Part shown: positions 27,634 to 38,049 of the stretch, piece by piece
How the letters are laid out: each line of letters opens with the position of its first letter
How positions within the stretch are numbered: position 1 is the stretch's first letter
Assembly (NCBI RefSeq): GCF_009914755.1
Contig: NC_060931.1
Direction: 5' to 3' (one strand)
Source: the human T2T-CHM13v2.0 reference genome, Homo sapiens
DNA length: 64,000 nucleotides
Translations under genes and position numbers: made by a program
The notes under the pieces: generated by a model
The model's database searches: none
The model's input: only the letters and a program-made list of their open reading frames with translations
Told to the model about the DNA's origin: nothing

Positions 27634-27708
27634 ATGATGACCATGACTACGATGGCTGACGGCTTGGAAGGCCAGGACTCGTCCAAATCCGCCTTCATGG
27701 AGTTCGGG

Positions 27709-27749
<41 letters not shown>

Positions 27750-28069
27750 GCAGCAACAGCAACAGCCGCCGCCGCCGCCGCCGCCGCCGCCGCAGCCGCA
27801 CTCGCAGCAGAGCTCCCCGGCCATGGCAGGCGCGCACTACCCTCTGCACTGCCTGCACTCGGCGGCGGCGGCGGCAGCGGCCGGCTCGCACCACCACCAC
27901 CACCACCAGCACCACCACCACGGCTCGCCCTACGCGTCGGGCGGAGGGAACTCCTACAACCACCGCTCGCTCGCCGCCTACCCCTACATGAGCCACTCGC
28001 AGCACAGCCCTTACCTCCAGTCCTACCACAACAGCAGCGCAGCCGCCCAGACGCGAGGGGACGACACAG
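27634..28069 (+). CDS. DLX6: DLX6 coding exon 1 (N-terminus with polyGln/polyPro, polyAla, polyHis)
   Basis: ATG at 27634 opens [26 protein letters not shown]19-P9...TRGDDT; donor CAG|GTGAGA at 28070; 436 nt, phase 1. Confidence 0.96.
27709..27792 (+). repeat. DLX6: Coding trinucleotide repeat (CAG)7CAA(CAG)7CAACAGCAACAG(CCG)9 = Q19P9
   Basis: Read directly codon by codon. Confidence 0.97.
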
Positions 28070-29293
28070 GTGAGAGGCCGCTGGGGCAGCTCGCTTCTCC
28101 CGCCTCCCGACTGCCCCCTACCCCGCCCGCCCGCTCACTTCCTCGACGCCCGGGCCTCCGCCGGCCCCCTCCCCCAGGCGGCCCCGCGCGCCCTTGGCCG
28201 GGCCCCGTGCGCGCCCGCTCGCCTGGCGCCTGCCTGCCGGCCTCTCCCAGCCGGGCCCCTTCCCGCCGCCGCGGACCCTCAGCTTCCGACGCGCAGTTCG
28301 GGCTGAGTCCCGGGCCCGGCGCAGGCTTCGTTCGACGAGTTAGTCCACACTGCGCTCTCCAGCCTCCTGGGTCTGTGCGCCCTTTTCCTTGCTCCTTCCC
28401 TCCAGGCTGTAACCCACGTTTGACCCGGCTGGGGACATTTCTGGGCCGGAACTGGGGAGCGTGTTTTGCTTCCCAGCCCACGCTGGGCAGGCAGTGGCCT
28501 ACTTTGCGTGGGGCGCCCCGTGCTCCTCAGTGACTCGGAGGGAAGCTGGCCTGGCTTTCGCTCTGGTTAAACTAGTAACAGTCAGGCTCTTTCCAGTGGG
28601 CTTTAAAGTGTCCCTCACCTTCATCCCTGACCGGGCCCCCTATCTAGCTTTTCGCTACAGTGTTGGCTGCTCCTTTGTTCGTGGAGGGGAAGCAAAGAAC
28701 CTCGGGCTGATGGTTCTCAGCACCCGAGGGGGACAAAGTTGCCGTGAGAGGCGCAGCCTGCTCGTGGGCTGGTCTGAGCTGTTGGTTGTGTTTTGTTTGA
28801 GGATTTGGTCCTCCTCAGGAGAGTCATTTCAAAACATGCCGAGGATGCTTGATGCACTGAGCTTGGAGCTGGTGACATCAAGTCAACTGGCCGCGTAAAC
28901 ACCTGGGTGGCTCAAGCACAGCTTCAGGTACTGTTAAGCCGGGCACAGGGGCCCCGCTCCGCCCGGACAGCTGCCGCCTTGCTGCGCTGCGCACCCCAGA
29001 GAGCCTCCGGCACCGCCTCCGCTGCGGCAAAGCGGGCTGTTTGTCTGAGGGCCTCTGGCGCTCCCTTGGCCCAGACGCTGCACATTGTTCGGGCCAGGGA
29101 CTGGGTCAAGGAGATTACGCAGACGCTGGGAGCACACGGGCAGAGTGGACCAAGAGAGGTCGGGGCATCATAGGGATTTTTCGAGGTAACCCTTATTGGG
29201 CTTTGGGGAGACTCGTTGCATGCCACGCCAGGAGCAGGGAGATGGCAGCAGTAGCCTCCCGGGTGACCGCTCCTCTGTATTATTTGCTTACAG

Positions 29294-29487
29294 ATCAACA
29301 AAAAACTACAGTGATTGAAAACGGGGAAATCAGGTTCAATGGAAAAGGGAAAAAGATTCGGAAGCCTCGGACCATTTATTCCAGCCTGCAGCTCCAGGCT
29401 TTAAACCATCGCTTTCAGCAGACACAGTATCTGGCCCTTCCAGAGAGAGCCGAACTGGCAGCTTCCTTAGGACTGACACAAACACAG
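29294..29487 (+). CDS. DLX6: DLX6 coding exon 2 (homeodomain helices 1-2)
   Basis: Acceptor TTGCTTACAG|AT and donor CAG|GTAATT at 29488; encodes [65 protein letters not shown]; 194 nt keeps the frame. Confidence 0.98.
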
Positions 29488-31451
29488 GTAATTCCCGAGA
29501 AGCCCAAGTATCCCTGAAATGCTGGTACCGCTTGCAGATCGGGCAGGGAGCACATCAGGAGGAATTGTTGGCCTAGTCAACCAAGGATGGAAGGAGCTTA
29601 ATGACAAATGCCTTTTGCTCCAGTTATGCACTTTCCTGGGACAACACAGTTTGGAATGAATGACCTGGTATTGAATACTGGATTGGATTTGCACATCCTC
29701 CCAACCCTCGGCGACCCCACCCCAGCCTAGAATCCTTTTGTGACCAAACTCATAATTCAATTGAGTGTTATTCCAGAGCAGAACAACATGAAAGAGAACA
29801 AACATTTAGGAGAAAAAGGTGTACAAGCCAGGAGGCAGAATAAGGTTCAACTTTTTTAAGGATCCTTTTGTAGGCCCTGGGAACTAATAAGGTTTTCAAC
29901 CCATTGACACAGAAAGAAAACTTGTGAAATGAACTAAGAAAAAACAAAGTAGGCATAGGTTCCAATGAGGTTTAGTAAAGGCTCCAAAGTGCAATCTATT
30001 TATCCTAGGAGTGTCAAGGTGGGTTTTTCTGAAGATTTCCCTAAGCACGGTGGTTAAGTCATCTGGGTGACAGACTGATGTGGTCTGAGCTGCCTCCCTG
30101 GAGCACAGGACTTGGGTGCAGTGGCAGAGTTGGAGATCAAAGAGAAATGTTACCAAAATTGTAACAGGTGAAGCCACAGTTAAGTACAGTTACTGAAGTT
30201 CTCCCATCCTACTAATTTGAAAGCCATAGAAGGCATTTCAGATTTCACAAGAAGGAGCTTAGGTGAGTATATTAGGACCCTGGTCAAAAAGCCAGGCTGC
30301 AATCACCTGCAGTTTTTGTTGATTAATTTACCTACATGGAGTAAGTAGGCCTCATCTGATGTAGGTAATCTTCAGCAAGGGGACCTCAGGTTTTATGAGA
30401 CTGTTGCTGCAGACTGATTGTGTGTTGACTTAAGACAGTTGTTCCTTAAGCTCTTTTTCAATTTAGCCTGTTTTCTCTTTCCATATTGCTATTCATAATA
30501 TTTGGGGTTTGATATGAAGGGATTCCGGCTATTCAGTGACTTGTATGCGTCTTGAAAAAGTAGATTCTTATGGCTAGGGAATTTTAAAGGTAAAGGAAGC
30601 TGCACCATAACATTTCCTTCTTCAAATAAAGTAGATCTGAAATGTTGGCCTAGATATGCTCCCATCCCAGATTCCCGATTCACGTTTAATTTTCAGAAGC
30701 CCTTTGACTTTTAATTACTATACTAACAATCATGTGATGATCCTTGACCACAGTTTGACTAGGCAACATACAAAATAGGGAATGAAGGAGCTGCAGTCCT
30801 TAATCCCTGCAAGGTTATGGGGATATATTTATGTCTGGAGAAAGATGCTTCATGTATAATCTATGGCATATGCAATATATGCATAGATATATTCAAGGCA
30901 TTTAGTTATAAATGTACAGGCTTTAATTCCTTCAGTCATTTGCTCCTTGTACCTTTATAGAGATAACAGCTTTTGGGTATCTCTATGCATGTACACGGAG
31001 AAAATGACTGTGTAAAATAGTTATTTTACATAGACTAAATTTACATTACTAAATTTTATGTAAAATGACAAGACTTTCAGAGGAGGTGCATTCAATTGAA
31101 TGGCTTTGATTTGAAAGGGCTGCTTTTAAAAATCCTTTAGGCTTTGGACCTGGTCATCTCATTCAGCTTTTTCTTATTTATACTGTTGTTTTAAACCTAC
31201 GCTAGCACGCAATTCTAGAATTACAATAACTTTAGGTATCCAGGCAAGATACCTAGTATGTTGTAGGAAGTGGGACTGTAAGAGGCTAGAAAGAGGTGGA
31301 AGGAGGCGGGGACTTGGCTTGTAGGCGTTGGCGGTGGTTGTTTTTTGTTTTTTGTTTTTTTGCTTTTTTAATATTGCTTCTAAATCCCTGAGTGACGTTA
31401 GAGGCACTGGTTTGATGTTTATGGGCCTAATGATTGCTGCATTTCTTGCAG

Positions 31452-31703
31452 GTGAAGATATGGTTTCAGAACAAACGCTCTAAGTTTAAGAAACTGCTGA
31501 AGCAGGGCAGTAATCCTCATGAGAGCGACCCCCTCCAGGGCTCGGCGGCCCTGTCGCCACGCTCGCCAGCGCTGCCTCCAGTCTGGGACGTTTCTGCCTC
31601 GGCCAAGGGTGTCAGTATGCCCCCCAACAGCTACATGCCTGGCTATTCTCACTGGTACTCCTCTCCACACCAGGACACGATGCAGAGACCACAGATGATG
31701 TGA
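31452..31703 (+). CDS. DLX6: DLX6 coding exon 3 (homeodomain helix 3 and C-terminus)
   Basis: Acceptor TTTCTTGCAG|GTG; [14 protein letters not shown]...MQRPQMM*; total CDS 436+194+252=882 nt = 293 aa + stop. Confidence 0.98.
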   Translation: MKIWFQNKRSKFKKLLKQGSNPHESDPLQGSAALSPRSPALPPVWDVSASAKGVSMPPNSYMPGYSHWYSSPHQDTMQRPQMM

Positions 31704-32674
31704 GTTGCCCAAGGGAACACCCTAGGGAAACGTCTGAACAAGGAAAAGAGGATCCGGGACCTGCTTGTATCTGCGAAAAGGAGCCAAAGGAGCAGGCTTA
31801 GGAGAGCTCATAAGTGTGGCAAGAAGCCGACTAGGCTCATTCTCTCTCCCTCTCTCTCTCTCTCCCTCTCCTTTCTTTTTACTTCTTCCTTTCCTCCATT
31901 CCTTCTTTCTTTCCTTTTCCTTTCTACCTTTCTTTTCTTTTTGCCTTTCACCTTTTTTCTCATTTACCTTCTCTCTTGAGCAACGTCAGTAATTGATCTT
32001 GCATCTCAGAGAGAGAGAAAGAGCATGTGTGAGAGAGAAACTGGTTTCTATGCCAGCACTCCTGAAACCCCTTACTGTAAGGATATTTTCTCTTACCCCT
32101 TGGGATCCAGGCTCTGAGTCTCTTCTCTTTGGGAGTATCCATCAAAATGACTTTTTTTAAAAACAGATTTTCCCCCAACCAGAAGAATCTGCACAAACTT
32201 GGCAGCGTTTTTACTTGTTTAATGAGTTTAAGACATTACATGGTGAAAGAGAAGCATTTTGGACTCCTGCATTTTTATTTACCATTCCCAGACTGACGAG
32301 AAAAAGAAAATTCCTCACATAACAGCCCTTCTCTAAAGAAAAAGGAAAAAGTGGCTGTAAGATTAGAACATTGCTACAAAGGGAATGCTGCATGTTTTAT
32401 CAAAATGCAATGACCAGGAATGATGGTTGATTAAAAAAAAACAAAACAAAAACCACTCTTTCCCCACCCCACCCCCCCAAACCCTGAACTGGAATCAGGA
32501 AAGACGGAGGAAACAATCAAAATCACCATTCTATTGCTTTGACACCTTTACTAGGTGAATTGGTGGCATTCACAAAGCTAATAGGGACGTTTATATCAAG
32601 AAACATTTCTGTATATATTGTTGAATTTTAGTTGTACATATACTTTGTATGTTTTTGTCTTCTTTCATATATGG

Positions 32675-32680
32675 AGTAAA
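32675..32680 (+). terminator. DLX6: DLX6 poly(A) signal (variant AGTAAA)
   Basis: AGTAAA preceded by several TGTA elements and followed about 15-20 nt later by a GT/T-rich tract (GTGTCTTGTATATTT). Confidence 0.6.
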
Positions 32681-33480
32681 AGCCACAAAACGCTGAGTGT
32701 CTTGTATATTTCTCTCTCTGTGTGTCTCTGTCCCTCTCTTTCCTCCCTCCTCCCTCACTTCCCTTCCCCCCATTAAATTTTCTATCACCCTTAAAAAAAT
32801 TCCTATTTCCTAATATGGGAAGTCATATGTATATATATGAACATCAAGTGCCTGCAAAGATGTCAGTTTGCACACTAGCCTTTGTCTTAGGTAGTTTAAC
32901 ATTAACCATGGATGTTCTTTCAACTTTCTTTACATATTACGTTTTTATTGTAATTTCTACACATTTACCTATGTTTTAAACATTAGAATGACCTATCCTC
33001 AAGTTAACTTCTAGACATCACAGTAGTTTCTAGTGCTGAAACTGAGTATTCTCCTTTCCCTTTTCCCAGCCAAAATAATACAGCCATATTTGTCTTTGTT
33101 TGGATGCAGTTTTTTAAAATATAGGAAAGAAAAAAATAGAGAGTAGAGTGCACAATTATGCCTACTTAATGTTTAAAACCCATTGCCAGCTAGCTAGGTA
33201 GGAAAATGCACTATGCTGGATGAAATACATCCTTCCGATCTTGGGGAAAGCACAGAAATAATGAAAATGAAAAGTCCTTTCGTCATACAAGCAGGAAGCC
33301 CCATACTGCGAGAATTAATGGCTACAGACCTGGGCATCCTTCAAATTATGAACCTTGAAACCACTGAGCCATTTATCAGAAGTCAATAGAGATACTCAGA
33401 GTGCTCCATATAATGACAGCGACATACAGTCGTGCAAAAGGACAGTCACTATAATTAGACACAAAGCAAAGACTACTTAC

Positions 33481-33959
33481 CAATATACCCGTTCCTTTTT
33501 TTGTTGAGCAACTTCCACGCTCAGTCAGTCTTCAGAATGGTTTAAAACCGATCAGTCTTGTCATTTTCTAGCATTCGCATTGTTACATTAGGAAAAATGT
33601 TTTCTTTTCTTTTTTCCCCCTTCCTACTGTGAAACTTTGGGTTCGTAGCTCCCCAGGATCAATTCTGAACAAAGCCTCCAGCTGCAGTGCCATCCAATTT
33701 GAAGCAGACATTGGGGACAATTTAAGGTTTTTATCCACAAGAAGGTTTTTTTCCATTCTCTTAAATGCAGCCATAATTAGAGTAATTTTTCATGTAGCCC
33801 GCTGATTACAGCGTTTTTACCGTCAAAGATAATTACCTGTAATTTTCTTCCACTTTTAATACTAAAAAGCCATCTTTATTTAGATTCAGGAACAGGAAAG
33901 GCGAAACAAAAGAGGGAAATTATTCTGTTATTCATACACAAATTGCAGAGACGTAGGAC
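33481..33959 (-). ncRNA. DLX6-AS1: DLX6-AS1 predicted exon 2 overlapping enhancer I56i; the transcript continues leftward antisense through DLX6, probably beyond the window
   Basis: Minus-strand acceptor TTTTGGTTAATTTTCAATTTTAG|G (AG at 33961-33960) and donor TTG|GTAAGT (33480-33475). Rodent Evf2 is known to include the ei/I56i sequence. Confidence 0.68.
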
Positions 33960-34010
33960 CTAAAATTGAAAATTAACCAAAATTATAATGCTGAAAAGAA
34001 TGGAAGAGGC
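33570..34010. promoter_or_regulatory. I56i (ei) ultraconserved forebrain GABAergic/branchial-arch enhancer
   Basis: Sequence recognised (GCAGCCATAATTAGAGTAATTTTTCATGTAGCCCGCTGATTACAGCG...AAAGATAATTACCTGTAATT); two pairs of DLX-type TAATT cores at 33774/33783 and 33830/33840; intergenic, next to the DLX6 3' end. Boundaries approximate. Confidence 0.85.
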
Positions 34011-35580
34011 TGCAGAAGTACAGCTGGTAGTGGGGCTTTGCTGAATTATTCAAATTACGTTAGGGAGAATGCTACCATACATCGAAACCAACACTAATTT
34101 TTCGTTAAAAAAAATTCACCAGATGCATGCCAAACCACTGTGAGTGCATAACATTCTGAAACCCGGCAAATGCATGTTGACATATTCGAGGTGTTGTCAT
34201 GATGCATTTGTATCTATCTCTTTATCTCTTAACAGGAGTTTAATTAAACAAGAAATTCTGCCAAGTAGTCCCCCCCACCCCAGACTGCCCTTGGAACTGG
34301 GCTTTCTCTGGATCCTCTGAACCTTAAGGGTTAATATTTTTACTCTTTAGAATGTATTGACCCTATGGTAAGCGGATTCCCGAGGGAGGGATTGGTAGGA
34401 GGGGCGTGGGCGAAAGGCATCGCCCAGTGGTGGTGCCTACGACGCCTCCCCACGTTCGGACTTCTCCAGAGGTTGCAGAGTTCGAGCTGTGGAGCCTAGT
34501 TCTGACCGTATTTCCTATTTAAAAAGAGATAAAGTGGGGGAGAGAGAGAACAATAGCTGGGGGTGGGGTAGAGGAGGGAGGGGATGAAGAGAACGATTTC
34601 TCTTTGGCACCAATAAACATCTCATTATCTTTTGACACAACTTAGTCAAAAGGTTTCTGCCGCCGGAGAAAGGCCTTTTTGCACTGGAATGGAAAACCAA
34701 AGATTTCTCAGGCACTTAACATCTCTAGTTGCTTACAATGTCTACACGGTCAGGAAACAGAGTCATCTATAGATAGAACAGCACCGCTTCTTGCTGGAGA
34801 CTTCCTTGGTGCGTCCCTAAATCTGGGTTTTCTAGCTCCCTAGCTTGGTTCTGCGTCTCAGCCAATCATGCCCCTCCAACCCCAAGGTCGCAGCGTTTGT
34901 TCTCGGAGGGCAGTAACTCCAAGATCCGCATAGCCTCCCCCTCCCCCCCGCCCCAACACACCAGCTTGAGGCAAAGACCCTGAAAAGCAGCCTTGAAGGG
35001 GTTCAGAGGCCAGTTATTCCGGAAACCTTCCCCCAAGTGGAGGAAAGATGTCGAAGGGGCTTCACCGTCCAGAGATTCATCAGACTACACCTGCCTTTGC
35101 AAATGTCCGCATACCTGTGGTTCTAAAGGAGCCCCGTCGCGAGCTCCGTTTGATATCTTGTCGCCTCAAAATCTAAAATCATGGCCACGTGTAAAGACCT
35201 CTCTGGATTTACCTAGGATTAGCTGTGAATAATAATTTTCAAATAGATTTTAGCTTGGAATCTCCAGCCGAGTCTCTCCACACCTTATAGAAACATGGTA
35301 CTTTTCGCAGGCTCCAGTCACAAGCTGCACCAAATACATCAACAACATAGAAAACAAGAAAGACAAATCGAATACTTAAGGATCCCATTCTCACTCGAAT
35401 CCTTTCACTCAACAGAACAACAACCCTTTTTACTGTTAGAGGGGATAAAAGGTCAGCATAGAGAAATCTATAAAGCAAAGTTGTAGCCCATGATAAATTA
35501 CAACGGCAACATGTATCTTGGAAAGTGTGAGAAGAGAAATAAGAACTGTTCCTTGAAGTATGCAAGAAATAAAAACTTAC

Positions 35581-35720
35581 CCTCAGTGAATATCTCTTAA
35601 GCAATGATCAGGGTTTAGAAATCTATACTGAACCAAAGCACAGGAGAATATTTTTCTGAGTCTCAGGGCAGAAGCTCTTTCTCTATATTCTTGGTTGAGT
35701 GAGCACATCCAGGTGTGAAA
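35581..35720 (-). ncRNA. DLX6-AS1: DLX6-AS1 (Evf2 orthologue) predicted exon 1; 5' end approximate
   Basis: Consensus minus-strand donor GAGG|GTAAGT at 35580-35575; TATAA on minus at 35748-35744, about 30 nt upstream, at the edge of I56ii. Fits the known antisense lncRNA that starts in the intergenic region. Confidence 0.7.
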
Positions 35721-36060
35721 TTGTTTGCACACCCCAGCACCTCTTATATTGCCAGCAAAATTAGCTGTTATTACTGTCACTGTTTAGTGATGGTTAGCGT
35801 GGTACAAAAAAAAAAAAAAAAAAAAAAACTGCTGTAATCAAGACCTGGCGCATCTTTGCAAATTACAGATAATTGTAAACGTCCAGATTATGATAATAGC
35901 ATCCTAATCCAGCCTGCAATATAATTATTACAGAGTGTTACATCTGAAACTGTCCAGTAGGGCTAATTCAGCCATTATTTAGACCCTATTTTTGCACTGC
36001 AAATGGGTTGCTGAGCTGAAAATGTACGATTGTAATTTCACAGGGCACTCAATGAGTAAT
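35700..36060. promoter_or_regulatory. I56ii (eii) intergenic enhancer
   Basis: TAAT/ATTA-dense unique block (AATTACAGATAATT 35861-35874, ATAATTATTAC, GCTAATTC) about 2 kb from I56i, as expected for the second intergenic enhancer. Boundaries approximate. Confidence 0.75.
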
Positions 36061-37875
36061 GGTATAGGAAGAGGAAAATACAAAAGTGAAATGTGAACAG
36101 TAGCGATCAAATCAAACCCTGAAGGACAAAAGACTGTTTGATTCATATGGAAAAAGAAGAGCGAGAATTAAGAAAATAGCAAATCAGTGGTCTGAAGCAT
36201 TTCATGTCCAAATCTTCAATAGTGCAGGGCTGATGTGTTTGCAAGGGCTGCTGCATCTGCTGCTTGTCTGGAGTCTAAAATAATTTTTCTTTTTCTTTCT
36301 TTTTTCCAACCCCCTGTCTTTTTTTCCCCCTTCTCTCTCCAGAAACATTTTCCTGTTTTAAAAATGTGTCCCTCCCCCAAAGCAAAGAACATTTGTCAGT
36401 TTCACCATTGTTTCCACAAAATCGCCTGAGAGTGTGCCTGTCACTTGTTTATGAACATTTTCTTAAATGAATTTGCTGTCTCTCTTGTTATCCAAGCAAA
36501 ATGCCCTTGGGCACTTGTGTTTCTGCCCTCTGTCTTCATTCTCTTTCAGCAGGAACTAAGTCATAGAATCCTAAAGGATATTAGCAGAAAACGTATTAAT
36601 TGCTGCTAATTAAATATAGCCGGCTGGGAAGCTGTCTTCTCCAGTTGGCTTGGCTGGCTATTGGTTTTAATCCTATCATTAACTTTTATTAATTAACATT
36701 CCCCCCCCCCCATATAAACCAGTCCAGCTGCTGCTTTTGCTACCTGTCACCAATGTGCTAAAATGAGCAAGGTCAATCTTATTAAAATATAGGAGGACCA
36801 AAGAAGGAGGGAGTTAGAGCAAGAGAGGGAGAGTTAGAGCAAGAGAGGCTGGAGACAGGCTGGGGGACTATGCTGGTCCCAGAGTCAAAGAGCTCTAGGG
36901 GTTCAAGCTGTTTCTTCCAGGAGGATGAACCCTGCCCTGGTGGAGGGTTCTGGAGTCTAGTTCTGGTTCCTGGTGGGGACCTCCTAGTCAAAGATACCTA
37001 AAGCCCATTTATCCCCAGGAGCTCAATTTTCCCACCATGAATACAGAGAATTTCCTAGGCATCTTTTCTAGCCTCTGGGCCAATGTGTGTCGACTCTCCC
37101 TCCTCCCACCACTTCACAGACCCGGGAGCTGCCCAACCAGGGCCACCCTGCAGGATGGCAAGCAGGTTTCCTAGCTCTTGTGAATTTAAGGGCAATAATG
37201 AAATGTCCCCTGTTTAGTGACCCCTGTTTATAGATGAAAGTTGAGTCCATATCCTGCTCTTCCTCCGCCCCTCTTCCCTGACCTTGCAAATGGCAAGTGG
37301 CAGAAATAGTCCTGGATAACAATAAGCTTCCATTGGCAGGTTTCTGTCTTCTTGGTTAGCGAGAGAAAAAAAAAGCCTTTAAAATAAATCATAGCTTGGG
37401 AACTGTTTACCACCCTTCACCCTCACCCACTTCTTAAAAAAAAAAAAATACACTAGACTGCATGGTGAAGATCCCACAGAGAATCCTTACCGAAGCTAGG
37501 AGAGAGGGAGGGTATGTGTGTAGAATGATGTTATAAAGCCATTTTTTTCCCTTCCTGTGGTGAAAGGTCGTAATGTGTGGTATTTCACGGTTTTATATAA
37601 ATCTTGGTTTAGGATGTGGAACAGACTCAATAATACATGTGCTTTTGGCAAAGAGACTCCTTCGGATCCCATAAATCAGAAGTAAATAAGAAGTCCAAGT
37701 GAACAAAAGAGCAGGAACATTTAATTGATGCAAAGCAGGACTCTCATCTGCTTTAAAGAGAGGTTCATGTAAATTCCCTCAGTTCCTATCTTCACGGTTA
37801 GAGCCCGACCTATAAAACAGGTTATTACATTACAGCCGGCAGCCTTGGATGATTGAAAGGAAAGGCTCCCCACCC

Positions 37876-37878
<3 letters not shown>

Positions 37879-37926
<48 letters not shown>
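37879..37926 (+). repeat. (AC)24 microsatellite
   Basis: Direct read. Confidence 0.95.
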
Positions 37927-37929
<3 letters not shown>

Positions 37930-38049
37930 ATAGATACAATGTATACTTTCTGCCCTGAGGAATCTAAAGCCTGTCAGATGCAACAGAAAACGCTGGGGGT
38001 TGGCGCGGGGGGGAAGAGACAGGGCTGCGTAGAAAATATTTAACCAATC

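Larger units (their letters stand above)
26800..29280. other. DLX6: CpG island over the DLX6 promoter, exon 1 and intron 1
   Basis: Very high GC and CpG density. Confidence 0.85.

Noticed and set aside
27493-28029. Minus-strand 178-aa polyArg/polyLeu ORF
   Set aside because: Mirror of the DLX6 codons with a non-ATG start and no independent support.
28070-28533. DLX6 exon-1 frame stays open about 150 codons into intron 1 (318-aa ORF)
   Set aside because: Pro/Arg/Gly-rich translation of a GC-rich island; the consensus donor at 28070 and the exact 293-aa spliced CDS explain the region.
29488-29517. Intron-2 read-through giving helix-3-less DLX6 (and DLX5 at 43826-43861)
   Set aside because: Short in-frame tails are expected by chance; nothing in the sequence indicates intron retention.
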